The translations under genes and the position numbers were made by a program. DNA of 38,693 bases from Bacteroidales bacterium. Lineage in GTDB: Bacteria; Bacteroidota; Bacteroidia; Bacteroidales; JAGODS01. The notes beneath the pieces are model-generated. The model was given only the letters and a program-made list of their open reading frames with translations. It had not been told where the DNA came from and made no database searches. The DNA is taken from NCBI GenBank assembly GCA_017998135.1, contig JAGODS010000002.1, positions 1 through 38,693 of the forward strand. Reading direction: 5' to 3'. Shown here one piece after another: positions 17,961 through 26,038 of this stretch. Position 1 is the first letter of the stretch. Each line of letters opens with the position of its first letter.

Positions 17961-20027
17961 ATGAAACAACAATATTATTTTACCCGAATAATAGCTATTT
18001 TTGTAATAGTAGTATCATTATTTGCTTGTAAAAAGGATAAGGATGACAACAACTCAGATAACAAGCCGGCACCAGTGCCTACAGATAAGGAAAAAATTAT
18101 TTCAAGTAAGGAAGGTATTATAGGTTCTGGCGGTGGTAAAGTAATACTTGATGACAGCACAAGCGTAATTATTGCAGCAGGCGAATTAAATGCCGATGCA
18201 AAAATTGTAATAAAAAAGATAGGTAATGAACAAATTTTTGCAAAGGAGAATCGTAATTGCTACGAGATAACAGGCATACCCAAAGGCGCAAAAGCGACTT
18301 TAACTTTTTTAGTTCCCAAAGACTTGTTAGCGGATTATGTAGGGGTTTTTGCCTATAATCCAACCGACCTGTCAGGTTCGTCAATTACTAATCAATATAC
18401 TGCTTCAGAAGGTAAAATCACAGTTAGTGATTTTATATTTGAAAAGAAAAATAAAGGGGAAGAGCCGAGTTACCGGCGTTGGATAGTTGAATGGGATACA
18501 CCAGAAATAAATGCAAACCCGGGCGAAGAAAAATTAATACCTATGCCTTATTATGAACAGATAGGAGGCACCTGTTGGGCAGCGGCAACATTGATGCAAG
18601 CTAAAGCATATATTCCATATTCTGACCGTAAAACAGAAATAAGTATTAAAGACTTTATGAAAGATCTTAAAATTGACTTAAACGACGGGCTTGGTACTTT
18701 TACTTTTATGAAAGTTCTGCCTTATGTATATCATAGTTTAACTAAAGGAGCCGGAGCAACAACAATGACTTTCTGGAATAAAAGAAATTATATTAAAGAA
18801 CTCGTAAAACGACTTAAGGAAAATAAACCTATAGTATTATATTTACCGAATTACAGACACGGAGTATTGGCAGTAGGTTACAGAATACCTGCAAATGCAA
18901 CGAGTGTTGACGAATATGAATTTGTCCTTCACGACCCCAAAGGAACAATACCTCAAACTGCCAAAGACGGGGGTATGTATTCAGTAAGAACCGGCGAATG
19001 GTTGTTTAAAGATGCATACAAATTAGATTGGTTTCTAATAATGTATCCGGATGCACCAGTACACAATGAGCGCAGTCTTCAAACAGTTTTACTACCAAGT
19101 TATCCACATCAATCTGAAATATCGTTTAATGCTTTAATAAATTCCAAATGGACATTGATTTATTTACAATTTGATAAAGATAAAAAGACCGGATATAAAT
19201 GGGCGACCCAGACAGGAACCGAATATGAGGTTATCCCATCAACATTAAATAAATTAACCCTTAATTTACAACTATACAATGCCGACCTTGAAAAACCTAA
19301 AAATGTAAATCTTCAGATAACAATTCATAATAAAAAGAAAGATAAAACAACTTATGATAAAATAATTCCATTGACACTGTTAACAGACAAAAATAAAAAG
19401 ATGTATGAACTATCGCTGGATACTAATTTATGGCTCAAAAATTTCGGTGATACTACCAAAATAGATTATAACATAGAAATAAAACTGACAGACCCGGCCA
19501 ATTCTCTCTATCTTGACGGCTTTAATCTTGATTTTACAGTTAAAGGCTCTAAAGTTGATAAATATATTACATCTTTTCAATCAAAAGAATTAGATAATTG
19601 TCCAATAAACTTTGATAAATCAATAAAAGCGAATTTACAGTTTTTTATTAACGGAGATAAATTCAGAACAAAAGAAATATTTGGACCTAATGATTTAAGA
19701 ATTTATGTTCCTAAATTTCCAAATGGAGTAATGGAATATAATTTTAATGTTACTATTAATTATGATAATATAACACTTGATACATTGATCAACCCAAATT
19801 TTAAAGGCTATGACCCCATAGTAACAAAAACAGAATATATATTGGACTATATAAGTTATCCGCTTGAAAATAGTTCTATTATAGAAGTTCCGATAAAAGT
19901 AACAAAAAATAATCTGGAATTTTATTTACGCTTACATATAGGAGGGAAAAAGCAAACAAATGGCAGCAACTCAAGCTGGTCTGCTTTTCCTGACCTCTTG
20001 CATCTAAATTTTTGGTTTGACGAATAG
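17961..20027 (+). CDS. lipoprotein with papain-like (clan CA; C10/C39-like) cysteine peptidase signature, paralog A
   Basis: Lipoprotein signal IVVSLFAC followed by KKDKDDNNSD. Catalytic-type motifs are IPMPYYEQIGGTCWAAATLMQ (Cys205, nt 18573-18575), YRHGVLAVGY (His300, nt 18858-18860) and VLHDPKG (Asp325, nt 18933-18935). A ~330-aa beta-rich C-terminal extension follows. Alignable end to end with the ORF at 21366-23417. Confidence 0.7.
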   Translation: MKQQYYFTRIIAIFVIVVSLFACKKDKDDNNSDNKPAPVPTDKEKIISSKEGIIGSGGGKVILDDSTSVIIAAGELNADAKIVIKKIGNEQIFAKENRNCYEITGIPKGAKATLTFLVPKDLLADYVGVFAYNPTDLSGSSITNQYTASEGKITVSDFIFEKKNKGEEPSYRRWIVEWDTPEINANPGEEKLIPMPYYEQIGGTCWAAATLMQAKAYIPYSDRKTEISIKDFMKDLKIDLNDGLGTFTFMKVLPYVYHSLTKGAGATTMTFWNKRNYIKELVKRLKENKPIVLYLPNYRHGVLAVGYRIPANATSVDEYEFVLHDPKGTIPQTAKDGGMYSVRTGEWLFKDAYKLDWFLIMYPDAPVHNERSLQTVLLPSYPHQSEISFNALINSKWTLIYLQFDKDKKTGYKWATQTGTEYEVIPSTLNKLTLNLQLYNADLEKPKNVNLQITIHNKKKDKTTYDKIIPLTLLTDKNKKMYELSLDTNLWLKNFGDTTKIDYNIEIKLTDPANSLYLDGFNLDFTVKGSKVDKYITSFQSKELDNCPINFDKSIKANLQFFINGDKFRTKEIFGPNDLRIYVPKFPNGVMEYNFNVTINYDNITLDTLINPNFKGYDPIVTKTEYILDYISYPLENSSIIEVPIKVTKNNLEFYLRLHIGGKKQTNGSNSSWSAFPDLLHLNFWFDE

Positions 20028-20035
20028 CTTAAAAT

Positions 20036-20066
20036 AAAATACAAATGCAACCTTTTTGTATTTTTT
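20036..20066 (+). terminator. weak A/T-rich hairpin after paralog A (possible leaky terminator)
   Basis: AAAATACAAA (20036-20045) pairs with TTTGTATTTT (20055-20064) around a 9-nt loop, then TTG. There is only one G:C pair, so read-through into the serpin gene is plausible. Confidence 0.3.
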
Positions 20067-20123
20067 GTTGTCTATATTATAAAAATTAAATAGTTTTACT
20101 TTATAAAAATAAATGAAAAATAT

Positions 20124-21359
20124 ATGAAAAATACTGTTATTTGCCTGATATTATTAGGCTTTATGAGTGTATCCTGCCAAAAGAAAGAAAATGGAGAAAA
20201 TAATCTTCCCGACCCTATTAATGTCAATTTTACTGCAAAGGAGAAAAAACTTGCAGAGAGCGACAATCACTTCGGAATAGAATTTTTCAAAGAATTAAAC
20301 AGTAAAGAAGAGGCAGGTAAGAATATAATGGTATCGCCATTAAGCGTTGCGCTTGTATTAGCTATGATATATAACGGTGCGGATACCGATACCAAAACAG
20401 CAATGGAAAAAGCATTGTTACTTGAAGGAATGACAAGGGAAGAGATAAATAATTCGTATAAAGGATTAATATCTAAATTACAATCTTTAGACCCTAAGGT
20501 ATTGTTTGGTATAGCCAATTCAATCTGGTACAGGGATGATTTTCCTGTTTTGCAGGAGTTTATAAATACCAATAAAACATATTATAATGCTGAGGTAACA
20601 GCACTTGATTTTAACAATCCGTCATCTGTAAATATAATAAACAACTGGGTTGCCTCAAAGACCAATAATAAGATAAATAAAATAATAGACGAAATAACTG
20701 CTGAAAACATAATGTTTTTAATAAATGCAATATATTTTAAAGGAATATGGAAATATCAGTTTGAAAAGAAGAACACCAAGCCTTATCCTTTTCACCTGGC
20801 TGATAAAACAGTTAAAAACGTTGATATGATGGAGCAGAAGGCTGATTTTATGGTTTATAATGATAAAATTTTCAGAGCTGTAGAATTACCTTATGGTAAG
20901 GGGCAATATTCAATGCTGGTGTTGGTGCCTACAGAAGACTATACTGTTGAAGATATAATATCACAACTGACAAATGAGAACTGGACAAAATGGTGTAATA
21001 ACCTGACTCCTATTGAAAAGATGATAGTAGTACTGCCTAAATTCAAATTTAAGTATGAGAAAAAATTAAATGAAGTATTGATAAAAATGGGTATGGGCAT
21101 AGCTTTTGACAATAATGCCGATTTTAGCAAAATTAATCCAGATGCGGATTTATTTATATCCAAAGTATTGCATAAGACTTATATAGACGTTGATGAAGAA
21201 GGCACCGAAGCAGCAGCGGTAACAGTAATAGTAGTAAATACAACCTCAACTTTGGATAATTATTTCATAGCCGACCGCCCTTTCCTTTTTGTAATCAAAG
21301 AAAAGAATACAAATGCAATGCTCTTTATGGGAAAGGTAATGGAACCTAAATATGAATAA
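20124..21359 (+). CDS. serpin (inhibitory type), lipoprotein signal
   Basis: 411 aa. Contains FGIEFFKEL, NIMVSPLSVALVLAMIYNGA, NAIYFKGIWKYQF and the hinge/RCL EEGTEAAAVTVIVVNTTSTLDNY, followed by FIADRPFLFVIKE (nt 21195-21300). N-terminus MKNTVICLILLGFMSVSC-QKKENGE. Confidence 0.92.
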   Translation: MKNTVICLILLGFMSVSCQKKENGENNLPDPINVNFTAKEKKLAESDNHFGIEFFKELNSKEEAGKNIMVSPLSVALVLAMIYNGADTDTKTAMEKALLLEGMTREEINNSYKGLISKLQSLDPKVLFGIANSIWYRDDFPVLQEFINTNKTYYNAEVTALDFNNPSSVNIINNWVASKTNNKINKIIDEITAENIMFLINAIYFKGIWKYQFEKKNTKPYPFHLADKTVKNVDMMEQKADFMVYNDKIFRAVELPYGKGQYSMLVLVPTEDYTVEDIISQLTNENWTKWCNNLTPIEKMIVVLPKFKFKYEKKLNEVLIKMGMGIAFDNNADFSKINPDADLFISKVLHKTYIDVDEEGTEAAAVTVIVVNTTSTLDNYFIADRPFLFVIKEKNTNAMLFMGKVMEPKYE

Positions 21360-21365
21360 TGGGAT

Positions 21366-23417
21366 TTAATTATCAATATTAATGCCTGAGCTAAAAACAG
21401 GATTAAAGATATAAAAACATCCGGTGCCATCACTTTTAGTGTTGATATTCATATAAGTTTTAAAGCTGATTTCTTTATTATTTTTATCAATAGTAAGAGG
21501 TATATTCCACTCATTACCTGAGAGAGTCAGCCCACTTCCAGGATTAGGAATAAAAGAAGCAAAAGCAGAATAAACGACCATATCATCGCCATCGCATTCT
21601 GCACCTGGTAATTTCTTAATGTTGGATATTTTAATATTAAAATTATAAGTAACAGGGCTGCCTGTTACTTCAGGGATAGTAATTCCAGACGAGTAGGGTT
21701 TAAACCTGAATTTGCCTCCGCTGACAGAAGCATCAACATCAACAGAACATTTATCTATACCGAATTCAGTAAAAGTAAGTGTATATGTAGGAAAAGTATA
21801 AGAAGTAATATATTTTTCAGGTTTTTTCCAGTCAAGAGTAAAATTAAGTGCCCATCCGTCAAGATAAGTATTAGAGCCAGGAAAAGAAAGTTTAGTTTCC
21901 AATTTATAAGGCACAGGTTGGTCCATTGTATATTTACTGCTAATCCATTGAGCTGTATCAAGAGAAAGGTTAAATAAATATGGAGTTCTGTCATTGGGTA
22001 ATGTAACAGGGAAAGTATTGTCATAAGTTATTTTATTAACTTTTGTATCAGTAATTTTAACATTAAAATTGCATGCTATCTGCTTGTCAAGATTTGCATT
22101 ATAAAGTTGAAGCTTCATAATTAGCTTATTAGTTGAAGCGGGTAAATAAGTAAAAGGATCTTTATTAGGCTTAACCCAGCTATAACCGTCTTTAGCTTTA
22201 TAATCCCAAAAAAGATTAACAGTACCTTTTGAACCTTTATCAGTAAGATATTCAAATTGTAAATTATGAGAGCCTTCAATAGAGGGTAAACTAACAGTTT
22301 GCAAAGTTCTGTCGGGGTGAGGCGGATTATCTGAATATAAAACGGATAACCAGTCAAGAGTAGTAATCCCATCTAAAATCCAGCTCCATTTACGGTTTGT
22401 GTACATAGTGCCTTCCTTGGAATTTGGAGGATTTATTCCCTGGCTGTCATGCAGTATCAATTCCCAGTCCTTGCATTCTTTATCTAAATTAACTTTATAA
22501 CCAACAACAAGGACAGCATGTCCTTTATTAAGCATTTGCAGTATAGACGGTTTTCCCTGAGCTAATTGTGTAACAATTTCGCAAACCGCATTATCCATAA
22601 TAATAAAAGTTTTAGCAGTAGCGCCAGCGCCCCCAGAAACAGTATTAAATGCATAAGGAAATTGTTTAAGAAAGGGTTGCCATTTAATACCAGCATCAGT
22701 TTCTATATTCATAGCTTTAAGGAAATCTTTAATTTCCATTTCTTTTTCTCTGTTAAAGTATGGAGTGTATGATTTAGCAAGCATAGTAGCATCAGCAGCC
22801 CAGCAACTACCAAGAATCTGTTCGTAATAGGGCATAGGAATAAGTATTTCAAGTTCACCCGGCTTAGGTTTATCGCCCCATTCTACTATCCATCTTCTAT
22901 ATTTGCAACCGGATAATTTTTTCTGCAAAGTATAATTTTCAACCTTTATAATTCCCTTATCAGCATCATAGCTAAAGGGGGGCATAATGCCGTTAGGTAT
23001 TCCTGCATCGGGGTCATAGTTTAAAACGCCCACTAAAGCAGGGTCCTTATCTTTAGGGCAGGCAAAATTAAAAGTAACGACAGTTCCCTCAGGCAGTCCG
23101 GTAATATCATAAGAATACTTGTTATAATCGCCGAAATTTTTCTCTTTACCAATTTTAGATAATTTGATTTTGGTATCGGCATTTAATGCATTAGCAGGGA
23201 TTACAATATTAGAGTTGTCAGACAAGTTAAGAGTACCGCCTTTACTGCCAATAGTGGCTTCGGCTGAAGCAAGGACAGTTTCACTTGTTGCAGGCGGAGG
23301 AGTTACATTATTATTGTCATTATCATCTTTATCTTTTTTGCATGAGTTAAAAGAAATAGATAAAAGCATTACAATCAATAACAATAGGCTGTTTAAATAA
23401 TTTTTTATCGTTTCCAT
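21366..23417 (-). CDS. lipoprotein with papain-like cysteine peptidase signature, paralog B
   Basis: Signal LLSISFNSC followed by KKDKDDNDNN. Motifs are IPMPYYEQILGSCWAADATML (Cys205, nt 22803-22805), KGHAVLVVGY (His300, nt 22518-22520), ILHDSQG and a shared YRRWIVEW. Its stop lies 6 nt from the serpin stop (convergent). Confidence 0.7.
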   Translation of the reverse strand: METIKNYLNSLLLLIVMLLSISFNSCKKDKDDNDNNNVTPPPATSETVLASAEATIGSKGGTLNLSDNSNIVIPANALNADTKIKLSKIGKEKNFGDYNKYSYDITGLPEGTVVTFNFACPKDKDPALVGVLNYDPDAGIPNGIMPPFSYDADKGIIKVENYTLQKKLSGCKYRRWIVEWGDKPKPGELEILIPMPYYEQILGSCWAADATMLAKSYTPYFNREKEMEIKDFLKAMNIETDAGIKWQPFLKQFPYAFNTVSGGAGATAKTFIIMDNAVCEIVTQLAQGKPSILQMLNKGHAVLVVGYKVNLDKECKDWELILHDSQGINPPNSKEGTMYTNRKWSWILDGITTLDWLSVLYSDNPPHPDRTLQTVSLPSIEGSHNLQFEYLTDKGSKGTVNLFWDYKAKDGYSWVKPNKDPFTYLPASTNKLIMKLQLYNANLDKQIACNFNVKITDTKVNKITYDNTFPVTLPNDRTPYLFNLSLDTAQWISSKYTMDQPVPYKLETKLSFPGSNTYLDGWALNFTLDWKKPEKYITSYTFPTYTLTFTEFGIDKCSVDVDASVSGGKFRFKPYSSGITIPEVTGSPVTYNFNIKISNIKKLPGAECDGDDMVVYSAFASFIPNPGSGLTLSGNEWNIPLTIDKNNKEISFKTYMNINTKSDGTGCFYIFNPVFSSGINIDN

Positions 23418-23436
23418 AATTAAAAAATTTATACTA

Positions 23437-23444
23437 CAAAAGTA
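23437..23444 (-). promoter_or_regulatory. candidate -7 promoter box for paralog B (TACTTTTG on minus strand)
   Basis: Plus-strand CAAAAGTA is the reverse complement of TAnnTTTG, 20-27 nt upstream of ATG 23417. Confidence 0.4.
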
Positions 23445-23849
23445 ATAAAAATATTAATACACAAAATTGAAATATTTTTTAAATTATTAAAAATAAATAC
23501 AAGTCAATATAAATTTTGTTAAAAATATTATTTTTATTGTGTGATAATCGAAACAACAAAAAAGGGATTATATGTTGAAATAAATATTTAAAAACTTGAG
23601 AATGACTTCATCTCATCTTAAAAAAACATAGGTAAAGAAGAATGAAATTATTAATCTAAATAATTCATAAGAAAAATTTAAAACCGCTAAAGCGGTTAAA
23701 AAGAGATGTGGAGGAGATATTTTAAGACACCACAATAAATTATAAGCAATATTATATAATTTCAAAAGTGTTTATGAAATCGCTTCGCTTTTTATAATTT
23801 GTGAAATAACCAGATTTAATATTTTAATTAAATATTTTAAAAATTTTAT

Positions 23850-23857
23850 TAATTTTG
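23850..23857 (+). promoter_or_regulatory. candidate -7 promoter box (TAATTTTG) for the fibre-like gene
   Basis: Exact TAnnTTTG, 100 nt upstream of ATG 23957. Confidence 0.35.
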
Positions 23858-23956
23858 CAAAACACTATAATTTTATAGTCCCAATAAATGCACTTTAAAA
23901 GCTGCGCGTGCCGAAAAGCAGTAATAAAAGAAGTAGGCGAATTAAATTTATACTTT

Positions 23957-26008
23957 ATGAAAAAATTTGTATTTTATTTTAATGTATTGCTGATAATGAT
24001 ATCAGTAACAAAATTATTCGGACAAGCTCCTGAATATTTTAAATATCAGGCAGTGGCAAGAGATGTTAACGGCAATCTCATAAAAGAACAAAAAGTAAAA
24101 TTAAGAATTACTTTATTAAAAGGAAACATTTCCGGACAAGAAGTCTACACGGAAACACATAGTGTTACAAGTAATCAATACGGTTTGTTAAATATAGAAA
24201 TAGGTAATGGAGCTGAGAAAAAAGGCATATTATCAGAAATAAACTGGGGATCGGATATTTATTTTATAAAGAGCGAGATAGATATCACAGGAGGAACGAA
24301 TTATTTAAACTTAGGAACAAGCCAGTTATTAAGCGTTCCTTATGCCTTATATGCTAAGAAGGCTGAAACGATTACCGGTTCACTCCCGTCAATAATAAAA
24401 AATGATTCTCTGGTATTAAAAGATTCGCTTGGTTTTACACGAATGGTTTTTAATCCAAATTCAGGCAGTTTTAAGATGATGAATAAAGATACAGTATGGT
24501 ATGAAATAAGCGTAAAATCGCCAAAATTAACTTGTTATAAAATTTCAGATAATCAATATATGATAAACAAGGTAGAAGGTAATTCAGAAATATTTGAAAT
24601 ATATACATCTGGGAATTTACAAGGAAGATTAATAGAAGAAAGGGATTATACATCAGAAGGTTATGTGGTAAATAATAAGACACATGAATTTTATGCTAAA
24701 GACCCAGAAAGCAATGATATAAAACTATCAAAAAAAATAGAAGAGAAAGAATTAACAGATATATTCTATGATTCAGGGACAAGAACCGAAACAACAACAA
24801 TAGAAACAATCTATAACAATGGAAAAGAAAGTGAATCTACAACCAAACATAAAAATGTATTGCATAATTTATACAAGGAGATAACAAAATCTACAGAAAC
24901 AACTATATACAAACAATATGATAAAGACCATAATCTAATGATAGATAAAAAAACCGAAGTAGATAACTTAAAACATACTAAAAAAGAATATATAAAGACG
25001 ATGTTAGGAGGCGAGGAACAATACTATCTTGTAGAAGAAGAAAAAGATCCAGCAAAACAAGAAGTAAGTAAGACAGTAAAAAATGCAAAAGGAGAAGGCA
25101 CAATAATAAAACAAACACCTGATAAAATATTAATTTCCAATACAGGGTCTAATGCTCCAAGTATAGAATATACTTATGATGATTATCTTGGAAAAACTAC
25201 AATATACTCAATAAATAAGAACCAAGACAAACAACAGTTATTAGAAATATTAAACGATGCATTAAATATAGGAACTAACGGCAATATACAAACTACAGGC
25301 AATCAGACTAATTTAACCGGTACTATAACCAATACAGGAAATACGTCTTTTCAAGGTACTACTTACCACAACGGTACAAATTATTTTAATGGCAACATTT
25401 ATGGCAATCAAGCACAATTTAATGGAAATGTGAAAATAGGGGAATCTTCATTAAAACCCGGTGATTTACAATGCTCGGGAAATGCAGTTATTGAAGGAAA
25501 AACCAACATCAATGATAATACAGAAATAAAAGGGAGCCTAAATGTAAAAGGAGATTTATCAGTAGGAGGCAAAATGGATTTTAGCGAAGCAGACCTAAAA
25601 GTAGGTAATTTTAAATCAAATTCTGATATATCAGCAGCAGGGATAAAGAAATTCGTGATAGACCATCCAACAAATCCAACTAAATTAATACAGCACGCTG
25701 CGATAGAGTCAAATGAGGTATATAATCTATATACAGGAATTGTTCAAACTGATGATAAAGGATTTGCGAACGCCATTTTACCTGATTATTTTCAAAATAT
25801 AAATCTTACGAGCGGGATTAATTATCAGCTAACAATAAAGAGTTTTAATTTTGTTCAGGCGATAGTATATGAGGAATATGATTACGAAACCAATGCTTTT
25901 GTAATAAAAACGAGCGCACCTAATACAGAAGTACACTGGCAAGTTACAGCCAAACGTAATGACAACTATTTATTAGGCTATCCTTTTAAAGATGTGATAG
26001 ATAAATAA
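23957..26008 (+). CDS. secreted tail-fibre-like / adhesin-like protein
   Basis: Start moved to the MKKFVFYFNVLLIMISVTKLFGQ signal peptide (the track start at 23888 adds 23 non-signal residues). The N-terminal module FKYQAVARDVNGNLIKEQKVKLRITLLKG..GQEVYTETHSVTSNQYGLLNIEIGNG is typical of Bacteroidota fibre-like proteins. The middle is K/E/T-rich, followed by a G/N/T-rich repeat stretch. The C-terminal FVIDHPTNPTKLIQHAAIESNEVYNLYTG..LPDYFQNIN..YQLT..VHWQVTAKRND resembles the conserved C-terminal domain of tail-fibre-like proteins. Confidence 0.7.
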   Translation: MKKFVFYFNVLLIMISVTKLFGQAPEYFKYQAVARDVNGNLIKEQKVKLRITLLKGNISGQEVYTETHSVTSNQYGLLNIEIGNGAEKKGILSEINWGSDIYFIKSEIDITGGTNYLNLGTSQLLSVPYALYAKKAETITGSLPSIIKNDSLVLKDSLGFTRMVFNPNSGSFKMMNKDTVWYEISVKSPKLTCYKISDNQYMINKVEGNSEIFEIYTSGNLQGRLIEERDYTSEGYVVNNKTHEFYAKDPESNDIKLSKKIEEKELTDIFYDSGTRTETTTIETIYNNGKESESTTKHKNVLHNLYKEITKSTETTIYKQYDKDHNLMIDKKTEVDNLKHTKKEYIKTMLGGEEQYYLVEEEKDPAKQEVSKTVKNAKGEGTIIKQTPDKILISNTGSNAPSIEYTYDDYLGKTTIYSINKNQDKQQLLEILNDALNIGTNGNIQTTGNQTNLTGTITNTGNTSFQGTTYHNGTNYFNGNIYGNQAQFNGNVKIGESSLKPGDLQCSGNAVIEGKTNINDNTEIKGSLNVKGDLSVGGKMDFSEADLKVGNFKSNSDISAAGIKKFVIDHPTNPTKLIQHAAIESNEVYNLYTGIVQTDDKGFANAILPDYFQNINLTSGINYQLTIKSFNFVQAIVYEEYDYETNAFVIKTSAPNTEVHWQVTAKRNDNYLLGYPFKDVIDK

Positions 26009-26038
26009 TATAAGTATTAAAAAAGCACTTATTATGTT

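Noticed and set aside
21755-23400. ORFs nested in or antisense to paralog B (21755-22024, 22121-22372, 22566-22772, 23164-23400), and similar ones in paralog A, the serpin and the pseudogene (17975-18160, 18169-18384, 20267-20572, 20939-21163, 26127-26327)
   Set aside because: They lie inside longer ORFs whose products align to each other or to the serpin family. The nested products have no features.
23461-23519. 8-bp inverted repeat ACAAAATT..AATTTTGT as a possible invertible-promoter boundary between paralog B and the fibre gene
   Set aside because: It is too short and too A/T-rich to be distinguished from chance in this composition. There is no recombinase gene nearby.
23888-23956. Upstream ATG (23888) as the start of the fibre-like protein
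   Set aside because: It would add 23 residues (MHFKSCACRKAVIKEVGELNLYF) in front of a canonical signal peptide beginning MKKFVFYF at 23957. A signal peptide needs to be N-terminal.
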